NCBI GenBank assembly: GCA_021812365.1 | Contig: JAKANQ010000001.1 | Span: 32,763-96,762, forward strand | DNA from: a bacterium | GTDB lineage: Bacteria > Patescibacteriota > Minisyncoccia > UBA6257 > GWB1-50-10 | Reading direction: 5' to 3' | Length of the DNA: 64,000 nucleotides | Shown: piece after piece, positions 7,365 through 16,523 of the stretch | How the letters are laid out: every line of letters starts with the position of its first letter | Numbering within the stretch: the stretch's first letter is position 1 | Position numbers and translations under genes: made by a program | The notes under the pieces: model-generated | Told to the model about the DNA's origin: nothing | The model's database searches: none | What the model saw: the letters and a program-made list of their open reading frames with translations, nothing else

Positions 7365-8800
7365 ACCAAGACAAAATCCCACAAGATGTTGTGGATGCCA
7401 TGGTGAAGGATAGGAAGATACGGATCACAATAATCAAAAAAAGCTTTTGGTACTTTTTCCACTTCTACCTTCCTCACTACATAAGATACAAAACCGCGCC
7501 GTTCCACCGCGAAATGTTTTCGATTGCGGAGAATGAATCTGTGAAAACGGTAGTTATCGAGGCGTTCAGGAATTCCGCAAAAACAACCATCATGACGCTC
7601 GCATATCCAATTTGGGCTATCATTGGCTGTCAGCAAAAGAAGTTCATCGTCATTCTCGCGCAGACTCAGCAACAGGCACGCCAAATCCTCTCAAACATAA
7701 AACGTGAGATGGAATCTAATATGTTATTGCGCGCAGACTTGGGGCCATTCGAAGAGCCAGACGATGAATGGCGTGCGGTATCTTTGGTGATTCCACGATA
7801 CGGAGCGCGTATTACGGTCGCCTCCATAGACCAATCCGTGCGTGGATTGCGGCACGGCCCCTATCGGCCCGATCTCATTATTTGCGACGACTTAGAAGAC
7901 TTGGATTCCGTGAGGAGCCGCGATATGCGCGACAAGCTCTACGAATGGCTTGTGGGCGATATTATCCCCTTAGGAGATGTGAATACCAGGTTGATTGTCG
8001 TAGGTACGCGGCTCCACGAAGATTCACTCATTATGCGTCTTCGTAAGCTGATTAGTGAGAAAAGAGTAAATGGAATTGCGCGTACCTATCCGCTCATAGA
8101 CGGGCAAGGAAATATTGCGTGGCCTGGGAAATATCCCAATGAGGAAACGATTGAAAAAGAAAAGCAACGTGTGGGCGATGAACGCGCATGGCGCAGAGAG
8201 TATTGTTTGGAAATCGTGGGCGACACCGATCAGGTAATAGACCAAACATGGATTCATTACTACGACAATCTTCCGATTAAGAAGGGTGCATACATCACGC
8301 TTACCGCAATCGACCTCGCTATTTCCGAGTCAAATCGCGCTGACTATACCGCCATGGTTACTGCAAATATATACATCATAGATGGCCAGATTTACGTCTA
8401 TATTCTTGAGCCAATCGTGAACGAACGGCTCACATATCCGGATATACTGGAGCGCGCACAAATCGTCTATTCCGCTTTCCACAAAAGCGGAGGGGTCATT
8501 ATCGTTGAGGATGTAGGTTTCCAAAAGTCTCTCGTGCAAGATCTTGAAGCTATGGGATACAACGCAGTCTCGTTTAAACCGGGCGGTGCAGATAAGCGTA
8601 TGCGTCTATCCCTTACGGCGGGAATGGTAAAATCTGGCCATGTGTTATTTCCGCGAAAGGGTGCGGAACTTCTCATTGATCAGATTGTTCATTTAGGGCA
8701 AGAGAAGCACGACGATTTGGCGGACGCCTTTTCCATGTTGGTAATAAAATCGGAAACATACCGACCATATACAGCGAGTGATTTTGTCGTTCTCGTTTAA
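7361..8800 (+). CDS. phage terminase large subunit
   Basis: 479 aa. Walker A-like FRNSAKTT and Walker B LIICDDLED. C-terminal RNaseH-like nuclease region with acidic residues (TAIDLA, HDDLADAF). Confidence 0.65.
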   Translation: MNQDKIPQDVVDAMVKDRKIRITIIKKSFWYFFHFYLPHYIRYKTAPFHREMFSIAENESVKTVVIEAFRNSAKTTIMTLAYPIWAIIGCQQKKFIVILAQTQQQARQILSNIKREMESNMLLRADLGPFEEPDDEWRAVSLVIPRYGARITVASIDQSVRGLRHGPYRPDLIICDDLEDLDSVRSRDMRDKLYEWLVGDIIPLGDVNTRLIVVGTRLHEDSLIMRLRKLISEKRVNGIARTYPLIDGQGNIAWPGKYPNEETIEKEKQRVGDERAWRREYCLEIVGDTDQVIDQTWIHYYDNLPIKKGAYITLTAIDLAISESNRADYTAMVTANIYIIDGQIYVYILEPIVNERLTYPDILERAQIVYSAFHKSGGVIIVEDVGFQKSLVQDLEAMGYNAVSFKPGGADKRMRLSLTAGMVKSGHVLFPRKGAELLIDQIVHLGQEKHDDLADAFSMLVIKSETYRPYTASDFVVLV

Positions 8801-8814
8801 CTGCTGGCATTAAA

Positions 8815-8850
8815 ACAAAACCACCGATATGTTCGGTGGCTTTGTTTTGG
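8815..8850. terminator. bidirectional hairpin terminator between the terminase gene and the convergent membrane-protein gene
   Basis: acaaaaccaccga / tcggtggctttgt arms with a 5 nt loop, flanked by A-run and T-run. Confidence 0.6.
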
Positions 8851-8855
8851 TGTTT

Positions 8856-9494
8856 TTACCGATAGTCTTCAACAATCATCGTATAAGTGCCGATTGTATT
8901 GGCATCAATGTAGTATTCTCCAGCACCGTACTCAATCGTTTCATCCTTCACCGGACCCATTACATTCATAATCGCTCCGGCTAGTATTTTACCTTTGTAC
9001 AAAAATGCCTGACAAAAATCTCCGGTACAGTCATAACGAATCCGAAAACGCGAACCCGTTATAGTAAAGGGTTCAGATTTCTTCGCGCCGTTTCCGGAAA
9101 AGGTAAAGATTTGTTGGTACGATTTTCCGGGTTGAACCGCAACTGGTTGCGTACGTTCGGGGCTTGTCGGTTGCTGATTATTAACGGTCTTACTCGCCTC
9201 GGGTGACGGCGTATTGTTCTGAGAAATCTCCGCGCCACCGTTCTTCGCTATGAAGACCCCGGCCAAAATAACCAGAATTATAATCGCCAAGATTCTAACC
9301 CCACTCGACAACTCATGCTTAATCCTACCCTCAATGATTTTGTTTATCGGCGGAATCGAAATTGTCGAGGCAACAATAAAGAGAAACCCAGCAAGTGTGT
9401 TGCTTGCTATATTAGCGATTCCCGTAATGAGCAGTATCACGCCAACCAACCATCCAAGAATCAAACCAACGGTTATTTTTTTGTTTTCGTTCAT
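8856..9494 (-). CDS. membrane protein (2 TM helices, Pro/Gln-rich linker, C-terminal beta-rich domain), unknown function
   Basis: 212 aa. Two N-terminal helices, then a low-complexity linker NNTPSPEASKTVNNQQPTSPERTQP, then a Cys-containing C-terminal domain. Confidence 0.45.
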   Translation of the reverse strand: MNENKKITVGLILGWLVGVILLITGIANIASNTLAGFLFIVASTISIPPINKIIEGRIKHELSSGVRILAIIILVILAGVFIAKNGGAEISQNNTPSPEASKTVNNQQPTSPERTQPVAVQPGKSYQQIFTFSGNGAKKSEPFTITGSRFRIRYDCTGDFCQAFLYKGKILAGAIMNVMGPVKDETIEYGAGEYYIDANTIGTYTMIVEDYR

Positions 9495-9528
9495 ATGTTT
9501 TTAGTTGAGTCTTGTTCGACCTTGAAGT

Positions 9529-9700
9529 GCTGGCTAGAAACACAAAGCTGCTAGCCAGCGGTCCCTTGCGGAACCCATACTCCTTTCGGAATATGACCAT
9601 CCCTGGTGTTCTGACTAGCAGCTCTCTACCAGGGATGGATTTAGAACCGTGCCGCCGGATTACTCCGATGGGTTAGGTTCCGCCTTACAGCTAGTAAGGC
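9529..9700. other. cluster of three strong inverted repeats (hairpins) without U-tracts; candidate structured RNA or recombination/packaging site
   Basis: 9529-9537/9551-9559 (9 bp stem); 9597-9607/9628-9638 (11 bp perfect stem); 9682-9688/9694-9700 (7 bp stem). Between the first two, the minus strand shows small GNRA-looped hairpins (TTCC-GCAA-GGGA and TCC-GAAA-GGA). Confidence 0.45.
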
Positions 9701-9844
9701 TATTCAGTTGTAAATTGATTTTAACGCATTTCGACCTTTGATTCTATACCCCTATCACAAACCATTGTTTTTGCTAAGCCGGACCATCGACACGTTGTCG
9801 ACAACTTAGCTTTACTTCCCCGACCAGTCTGTCATCCATTAAAT

Positions 9845-11164
9845 ATGGATAAAGAACAAAGGACAGGACTTATCGGCAATCCAGCTGTAGTTCCTATAAT
9901 AAAGGTCAGATATTGCTTATATGCTAGAAAGTCGACCGAACAGGACGAGAAACAAGCCCTTTCGATAGACTCACAGATAAAAGAAATGCTAGCCATCGCT
10001 GAACGCGATGAATTGGAAATAGTCGATATTCGCAGAGAAGCTCATTCAGCTAAAGATTCGGGGCAGAGACTAGTGTTCAAGGAATTATTAGAGGATATAC
10101 GACGAGGGAGATATAACGGAATTCTTACCTGGGCACCCGATCGGTTAAGCAGAAACGCAGGAGATTTAGGAAGTGTGGTTGATCTAATGGATCAAAAATC
10201 GCTTATCGAAATTCGGACTTATGGTCAACAATTCAGAAATTCTCCAAATGAAAAGTTCTTACTAATGATTTTATGCAGTCAGGCAAAACTGGAGAACGAC
10301 AATAAAAGTATCAATGTAAAACGTGGATTAAAGACAAGAGTTGAAATGGGTTTATGGCCAGCCCCAGCTCCAACGGGATATTTAAAAGAAAAGCGGATGG
10401 ATAGAAAATGTGAAACTCTTATTGACCCAGCCAGAGCGCCAGTCATCAAACAGGTGTTTGAAAAAGTTGCTTATGAAAAATGGAGTGGTCGGAAAGTTTA
10501 TAACTGGCTCAAATTCGATCTTAACTTTAAGACGGCTACTGGGAACAAGAATCTCACATTAGGGAATGTGTATATGATTCTTCAAAATCATTTCTATTAT
10601 GGAACTTTTGAATATCCTAAAAATAGCGGCAATTGGTATAAAGGAAAACATGAGCCGATCATAACTAAGGAACTGTTTGATGCGGTTCAAAACCAGGTCA
10701 AAAGCCAATTCATACGATCCGAGAGTAAGGAATTTGCTTTTACTAAATTAATGACCTGCGGCCTATGTGGATCAGGCATAACGGCCGATGAGAAGTTCAA
10801 AAAGCAGAAAAATGGGAATGTTCACCGTCACGTTTACTACGGGTGTACGAAAGTACGAGATAGAGATTGTAAATGTGGGTATATCAACGAGGTTGACCTC
10901 CTAAAACAATTTGAGAAACTTATTGAAAAAATAGATATCGACGAAATCGGAATCAAGGAGAAAATCAAAACTGAGGTTGAGCGGTTTAAGAAATTTCAGC
11001 AAGTAGTTCTCGGATCTAAGAAAAAGATTGTAGTTGCCGATATAGACATAAGAAATTATGCGAAGTACATCCTTAGGGAAAGCAAGGATATAGAGAAAAG
11101 AGAACTTCTAGGATGCCTTAGAAGTAAGATTATTTTAAATAATAAGCAAATCACCATTTCTTAA
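9845..11164 (+). CDS. large serine recombinase (resolvase/invertase catalytic domain, recombinase domain, zinc ribbon)
   Basis: 439 aa. Catalytic YARKSTEQ with the Ser nucleophile, then a recombinase domain, then a C-terminal Cys cluster CGLCGS ... CKCGY. Confidence 0.7.
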   Translation: MDKEQRTGLIGNPAVVPIIKVRYCLYARKSTEQDEKQALSIDSQIKEMLAIAERDELEIVDIRREAHSAKDSGQRLVFKELLEDIRRGRYNGILTWAPDRLSRNAGDLGSVVDLMDQKSLIEIRTYGQQFRNSPNEKFLLMILCSQAKLENDNKSINVKRGLKTRVEMGLWPAPAPTGYLKEKRMDRKCETLIDPARAPVIKQVFEKVAYEKWSGRKVYNWLKFDLNFKTATGNKNLTLGNVYMILQNHFYYGTFEYPKNSGNWYKGKHEPIITKELFDAVQNQVKSQFIRSESKEFAFTKLMTCGLCGSGITADEKFKKQKNGNVHRHVYYGCTKVRDRDCKCGYINEVDLLKQFEKLIEKIDIDEIGIKEKIKTEVERFKKFQQVVLGSKKKIVVADIDIRNYAKYILRESKDIEKRELLGCLRSKIILNNKQITIS

Positions 11165-11243
11165 TGAACTACTCTCTTGCGGTATCAAAAAAATCATTGA
11201 ATTTAAGGGGTCTACTGAGCTTTCCCGGGGACGAATTGAATAG

Positions 11244-11249
11244 TATAAT
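11244..11249 (+). promoter_or_regulatory. TATAAT -10 element 8 nt upstream of the MTase ATG (leaderless-type start)
   Basis: agTATAATcaaacaaaATG. No convincing -35. Confidence 0.3.
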
Positions 11250-11257
11250 CAAACAAA

Positions 11258-14200
11258 ATGTCGGACACATTACTTAAAGTAGTTCCAAAACAGCGGAAAT
11301 ACTATCAGGATAAAGCTAATAGCCTGAGGCTACTTGCGGCAAAAGAATTGAGAGATGCCTTTTTGGCCTCCTATGATGAGGATATCTCTCGAAAAACTGT
11401 TTCCGAGTCTTGTTTGGCTGAGTATATTGATACCTTTCCCGATCAAGACTCAGTAAAAACTTTTGCCTTTAATCTTTTAATAAACAATAAAGCTATAGAC
11501 GACTTACTGAAGGGATATGATCCGATAGAAATATCATATGTTGGCTCTTATATAGGAGAGGCAACCTACAGATCCTTTATCAGTCCAACTGATATTTCTC
11601 GAGTAATGGATTTCTTGGCACCATCAAAGGCTATTGGGTATTTTTTCACACCACCGGAGGTAGCATTCTTAATGGCCGATAAAATAATATCTTCTACTGA
11701 CAAAAGTATTGATATCCTAGATCCGAGTGCTGGATACGGTTCGCTATTAGTCGCGTCCTTAATAGTAGCAAAGAATAAAGGGGCAAAATTTAGTTCTGTA
11801 ACCGCAATTGAAGTTGATTCATTTACCTCAAAGAATTTAAAAAAGATTCTTGAAAGAGTTGTCGAGCTATTAGAATTTGATACAAAGCTAAATATTATCA
11901 ATGAAAATGCCATAGGATATTTAGCCAATAGTTTAAACGGTTTATTCGGTCGCCCTGCAAGATTTCAAAAAATCATAATGAATCCACCCTATGGGAGGGT
12001 GAAGTTTTTGAAAAACTTTTTAACAAACAAAGAAACTAGAACCTCTAGCGCTTTATTATCTCACGAAGAACAAGGGATAAAAATAAAAACAAAAGTAGAA
12101 AAGCTAACAAGAGAATTAGATATCATTTCACAAAAGCTCGGTTTCGATTCCAACGTAAGAGAGTACTCGAAATTATTTGTTGCATTAAGCCTCTCAAACT
12201 TAGCTCCCGACGGCCGGATGAGCGTGATTACCCCAAGTACTTGGCTTGGTGATGTTGAGTCGTATGACTTAAGGAAATTAATCATTAACAACTCATACCT
12301 AGAGCAAATTTTACTTTTCCCTGAAGACAGCGGCTTATTCGAAACCGTGAATCAACACACGGCAGTCAGTATCTTGTCTAAACAAGAAAAGGAAATGTTC
12401 GAGATTGTATCCGATTACAATTTGAATGTAAAATTTAGCAGGTCAAACAAGGTTTACTACGCCGATATTAAAAAAAATAATCCACAGGGATTAAAAATCC
12501 CGAAGCATGGCTCGGAGCATGATGAAATCATTTCCAAAATTCAACAACATAAACCGATCCGGCTAATTGAAAACTTAAAGAACCTTAGGGGAGAAATAGA
12601 TCTCTCCTTAAACAAGGATCTAGTATCCAACAAAGACACTGGCCGTCGATTAATCAGAGGCGATCACGTGGAAAGGTACATACTGCATCCGACGACAAAA
12701 TCTAAACGAGATGGATTCATTGAAGAAAGTAGGCTTGGCGAGAAGTTTCGATCACTTCCTAAATTTAAAGATAGTTTAAATTTCAGAATTGTTGGACGCC
12801 AAGTTTCTTACTTAGATAAAAAGAGGCGCTTAGATTTTTGCCTTATTGATCCTGATAGTTTTGTGAGTAATTCTTGCAACTACCTTTACTTTAAGTCTGA
12901 CGACGGCCAAAAAAAACCGAGCAGAAAGTTACTATCTTTATTGGGGATATTAAATAGCTCTGTTCTTGAATGGTATTTCAGGCTTTACAATAGCAACAAC
13001 CATGTCGCTAACTACGAGATAGCAAATTTTCCAGTCTGCTTAGATAGTGAATTTATTCCGCTAATAGCGAAATCTACGGAATTTCTTATCGGGGCATATA
13101 AAGAAGAATCACGGGATGAATCTGTTTCTGGCATAGAAGATTTCCACGATGCCTTGGTTGGCGTGGCGTATGATCTTACGCCAATAATGATCGGTACTAT
13201 TATGGAGTCAATTGACCCCAAAAGAAAAGGTAGGGTTGTAAATTTTGCGGAACACATATGTGAAGGTAATCTACCTCTCGATTTTATGAAGAGCGATCAT
13301 TGGTTTAATCATTATGTCTCAACGCTGTCTGATTTAGACCAAGAGATAATTAAACATGTTCCCCAAGGAGGAAATTGGCAAGATATTCCCGAGGAAGTTC
13401 CTTCTCAAAGGCTACGGCAGATACGTGAAATGTCGAAAGAGCGCGGTGTTGTGCGAACTACCTATTATGGAAGACTAAGACCGGATCAACCATCATATAC
13501 CATTGCTACGTACTATAATCGTCCCGGTAATGGAACAAACATTCATCCATGGGAAGACAGGACGATTTCTTCGCGTGAAGCGGCAAGACTCCAATCTTTT
13601 CCCGATAGTTATATTTTCTTTGGATCTGAAGGCGGTATTAGAACTCAGATAGGAAATGCCGTCCCTCCGCTACTTGCTTATTCATTGGGAAAGCATATCG
13701 GAAGCCGCTATGGCTTTGGCACCTGCGTTGACGCCTTTGCCGGTGCCGGTGGTCTAAGTTGTGGATTAGAGCTTGCTGGCTGGAAAGTGATTGCGGCTAA
13801 CGACAATGATAAACACGCCTCAATAACTTACCGGGCGAATAGGCCCACGGAAAAGACGCCGACTAGTGATGACAAAAAGACTTTCTTTGTAGAGGGAGAT
13901 ATTAACAATAAGAAAATTTGGGAAGAACTTTTATCAGGAATCAAAAAGAAGCTCGGCAATAAAGAATTAGATCTGCTAGTAGGTGGCCCACCGTGCCAAG
14001 GGTTTTCCCACGCTGGATTCAGAAGAGAGGATGATATACGCAACGACCTAGCCTCTATATATTTGAAGCTAGCAATTAAGCTAAGTCCTAAGACCTTTAT
14101 TCTTGAAAATGTAGAGGGACTTCTCACATACAATTCCGGACAGGTAGTAAAGGATATCATTGAGGCTTTGACGGATATCGGCTATCACGTTGAAGCTCCA

Positions 14201-14521
14201 TGGGTACTTAACGCAGAGCAATTTGGCGTACCTCAAATGCGAAGACGAGTATTGATTGTTGCGAATAGAAAAGAAATTGTGCCAAATATGCCAAACTTAT
14301 TTCGCAAATGTGCTGGTCGACGTTCTGGAAAGGTTATTGAGCAACTACACTTAGCACCTCCCGTGACTGCGGGAGAGGCTCTTATAGATCTACCACCGCT
14401 AAAGAAAAGAAGATTTCTAAAGGGAATTAATGATATTAACAAATTGTATTCCCAATGGTTAAAAGGGCTAATTAGCGCTGAGAGATTCCTAGAATCGCGA
14501 TCTAAGATAAGGGAATCGTAG
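11258..14521 (+). CDS. fused DNA methyltransferase: N-terminal gamma-class N6-adenine MTase (Eco57I/TaqI-like) plus C-terminal circularly permuted C5-cytosine MTase
   Basis: 1087 aa. N-terminal motif I ILDPSAGYGSLL and motif IV IIMNPPYG. C-terminal region carries motif IX/X (REAARLQSFPD, GNAVPP) before motif I (FAGAGGLSCG), motif IV (GGPPCQGFS), motif VI (ENVEGLL) and motif VIII (QFGVPQMRRRVLIV). Confidence 0.7.
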   Translation: MSDTLLKVVPKQRKYYQDKANSLRLLAAKELRDAFLASYDEDISRKTVSESCLAEYIDTFPDQDSVKTFAFNLLINNKAIDDLLKGYDPIEISYVGSYIGEATYRSFISPTDISRVMDFLAPSKAIGYFFTPPEVAFLMADKIISSTDKSIDILDPSAGYGSLLVASLIVAKNKGAKFSSVTAIEVDSFTSKNLKKILERVVELLEFDTKLNIINENAIGYLANSLNGLFGRPARFQKIIMNPPYGRVKFLKNFLTNKETRTSSALLSHEEQGIKIKTKVEKLTRELDIISQKLGFDSNVREYSKLFVALSLSNLAPDGRMSVITPSTWLGDVESYDLRKLIINNSYLEQILLFPEDSGLFETVNQHTAVSILSKQEKEMFEIVSDYNLNVKFSRSNKVYYADIKKNNPQGLKIPKHGSEHDEIISKIQQHKPIRLIENLKNLRGEIDLSLNKDLVSNKDTGRRLIRGDHVERYILHPTTKSKRDGFIEESRLGEKFRSLPKFKDSLNFRIVGRQVSYLDKKRRLDFCLIDPDSFVSNSCNYLYFKSDDGQKKPSRKLLSLLGILNSSVLEWYFRLYNSNNHVANYEIANFPVCLDSEFIPLIAKSTEFLIGAYKEESRDESVSGIEDFHDALVGVAYDLTPIMIGTIMESIDPKRKGRVVNFAEHICEGNLPLDFMKSDHWFNHYVSTLSDLDQEIIKHVPQGGNWQDIPEEVPSQRLRQIREMSKERGVVRTTYYGRLRPDQPSYTIATYYNRPGNGTNIHPWEDRTISSREAARLQSFPDSYIFFGSEGGIRTQIGNAVPPLLAYSLGKHIGSRYGFGTCVDAFAGAGGLSCGLELAGWKVIAANDNDKHASITYRANRPTEKTPTSDDKKTFFVEGDINNKKIWEELLSGIKKKLGNKELDLLVGGPPCQGFSHAGFRREDDIRNDLASIYLKLAIKLSPKTFILENVEGLLTYNSGQVVKDIIEALTDIGYHVEAPWVLNAEQFGVPQMRRRVLIVANRKEIVPNMPNLFRKCAGRRSGKVIEQLHLAPPVTAGEALIDLPPLKKRRFLKGINDINKLYSQWLKGLISAERFLESRSKIRES

Positions 14522-16082
14522 TAGAATCGCTGAGGATAGAAAAAACTTGGCGTAACTTTTTGCTTAGAGCAGAGTACTTCTTAGAATCAATTTTCTTTGA
14601 TCGCAAGCCTGAGATATTGCTTTCTCTTTTTGTGCTAGAAACATTTGTTTTCATAGCCCTGTCCCAATTCTTCATATCTGGTGACAGAGGTATTTTCTTT
14701 GCTTCGGCAACAACCGCATCAATTTCGCCACTAAAGTTATCTACGTAGATCTTACGCACCTTCCTATCAACAATGGACTTATCTTGATAAAGCATAAGTT
14801 CTTCGAACGCTATGCGAATTATTCTGTTCGAAAGACTATTGCGAAGCTTAGTATTGATTGGCGTTTTACTAAAGCTTGCAAAGGTTAGGTCACTAGAATT
14901 AAGTTTGTCGAACTTAACTCTGAACAGCGCATATTCTGGATGGAGTATCGTCGTTAGATATTCTGAATAACCGTTCTCGAAAAGAGAGTAAAGCGTTCTA
15001 AGATAGAAGTCTTGCATCGCCCTCATGTAGTCACTCAACTCTTTGGCATCCCTATCGTTTTTGACCAAAAACTTGTACTTATCCCACAATGGTTGCACTT
15101 GCCAACTAGCCACAGATTCATTTGTGCGTTTTTCATAGTCAATTAATATCTTTATATCGCTTAAAAACATTCTGCGATTCTTACTACTATTACAAGGTCC
15201 GCAAGTTGGGAGAAATAAAGGAAGCTGTTTAAATCCACAAGCTAAAGGACCAACATGATCTGGACTTATTTTCTTAAGCTTTTTGCCGCATATGTAACAC
15301 CTTCCGGCGCCAGCGGAATTATATAGCGCGTCAGCGATCAGCCAATCGCCGTCAGACCATAATTCAAAAACCCTTCTATCGTGAAGATAAGATTTAAGGT
15401 TTTCGGGCGATCTTCCGGGGTCTTTTGTAGCTCTGCATAAGTGGCAATAGTCATGGAAACCATCTAAGCGATCTGGTGGATTGCACATGAAACCGGGACT
15501 CAGATAGACTGAACGAATATAATTACTTTTCTCAAAAGCTTCTTTGGAAAAACCAAATTTATTAAAGAAATCAGCTCTTTCGGGAAAAATCTTTTCTAGG
15601 CGCTCTTCAATCTGCTTTTTATTTTCGATTCCGCCAAGAATTTTGATCGCCTCGTCAATAGGCATCTTTTTTGAGAATAGAGAAGTTTTTGTTTCTCTGT
15701 TTAGATATTCTGTAAATACGTGATTGAGATAGAAATAGCCGACGTTTTGCGATTTCCCGCATAGACGACAAGGTCTATAGCCTGTGGGGCTAATCAACCT
15801 CGCCGTTATACTAAAACGATCATCAGAATTTCCTTTTCCCGGAACTTTAAGACTGTTCGCCTTTTTAACCCACCACTCAAAGCGCTCTACGTAATATTTG
15901 TAAAAAGAGGTTGATTTGCCAGAGCTGACTTGCCAATTTATTTTCCCATTTTCAGATATGGCGTTAGGCATTCCTTTGAAGTTGGGGTGTTTAACAATAA
16001 GGCCCATGTAATCAATGTAATTTTGATGGGCCTGATATTTCCCTCTGCCGTAAACTGGTTTTGCCATTTCCTTCACTTCCAT
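14502..16082 (-). CDS. putative HNH-type restriction endonuclease (Type IIS-like partner of the fused MTase)
   Basis: 526 aa. HNH/His-Me finger CYICGKKL ... SPDHVGPL ... CGPCNSSKNRR. Convergent with the MTase and overlapping it by 20 nt. AT-rich. Confidence 0.5.
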   Translation of the reverse strand: MEVKEMAKPVYGRGKYQAHQNYIDYMGLIVKHPNFKGMPNAISENGKINWQVSSGKSTSFYKYYVERFEWWVKKANSLKVPGKGNSDDRFSITARLISPTGYRPCRLCGKSQNVGYFYLNHVFTEYLNRETKTSLFSKKMPIDEAIKILGGIENKKQIEERLEKIFPERADFFNKFGFSKEAFEKSNYIRSVYLSPGFMCNPPDRLDGFHDYCHLCRATKDPGRSPENLKSYLHDRRVFELWSDGDWLIADALYNSAGAGRCYICGKKLKKISPDHVGPLACGFKQLPLFLPTCGPCNSSKNRRMFLSDIKILIDYEKRTNESVASWQVQPLWDKYKFLVKNDRDAKELSDYMRAMQDFYLRTLYSLFENGYSEYLTTILHPEYALFRVKFDKLNSSDLTFASFSKTPINTKLRNSLSNRIIRIAFEELMLYQDKSIVDRKVRKIYVDNFSGEIDAVVAEAKKIPLSPDMKNWDRAMKTNVSSTKRESNISGLRSKKIDSKKYSALSKKLRQVFSILSDSTTIPLS

Positions 16083-16150
16083 AACCGAAATATGCCACTT
16101 TTTAGGTGTTTTTACAATGTTGTTTTTGTTTTATCAAGAACACCAAAAAG

Positions 16151-16180
16151 AAAAACCACTGAAATTTATCAGTGGTTTTT
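16151..16180. terminator. bidirectional rho-independent terminator
   Basis: aaaaaccactga / tcagtggttttt arms around a 6 nt loop, with A-run and T-run flanks. Confidence 0.6.
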
Positions 16181-16285
16181 CTTTCTTGAATACGGCACTC
16201 AGCCGGTATGCTATGGACTGTATGGAGTGCTCTCGCTCTTCGGCTTGATCCACGCTTCTCGAGCGGGATAACCTATCACGAGTTG

Positions 16286-16338
16286 GCTGGGGGACTAGGA
16301 ATCGGACCTAGATTCACGGCTTCAAAGGCCGCTGTCCT
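16286..16338 (-). repeat. 53 bp exact direct repeat of the 3' part of tRNA-Gln (tRNA positions about 20 to 3' end), 100 bp from the gene
   Basis: gctgggggactaggaatcggacctagattcacggcttcaaaggccgctgtcct is identical at 16286-16338 and 16386-16438. Confidence 0.8.
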
Positions 16339-16386
16339 GTCGCTCGCGCAGTGAGGAAATAAATACATGAACATTTCTATGCATTG

Positions 16387-16457
16387 CTGGGGGACTAGGA
16401 ATCGGACCTAGATTCACGGCTTCAAAGGCCGCTGTCCTACCATTAGACGATCCCCCA
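16387..16457 (-). tRNA. tRNA-Gln (anticodon UUG); CCA not encoded
   Basis: Minus strand TGGGGGATCGTCTAATGGTAGGACAGCGGCCTTTGAAGCCGTGAATCTAGGTCCGATTCCTAGTCCCCCAG. Acceptor TGGGGGA/TCCCCCA, 3 bp D-stem, anticodon stem GCGGC/GCCGT, loop CUUUGAA, T-stem CTAGG/CCTAG. The T-loop is noncanonical (UCCGAUU). Confidence 0.65.
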
Positions 16458-16523
16458 GCAATACACACAAAAACATGTGCATGTATTATATTTCCGAACG
16501 AAACGTAGTGACAAGCGTAGCGC

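Noticed and set aside
9529-9559. The first hairpin at 9.5 kb read as a simple intrinsic terminator
   Set aside because: It has no U-tract on either strand and lies upstream, not downstream, of both flanking genes. It is retained as part of the structured-region finding.
16286-16460. CRISPR-like appearance of 53 bp direct repeats spaced exactly 100 bp apart
   Set aside because: Only two copies exist, and the repeat is the 3' part of the adjacent tRNA-Gln gene. It is an att-type duplication, not a CRISPR array.
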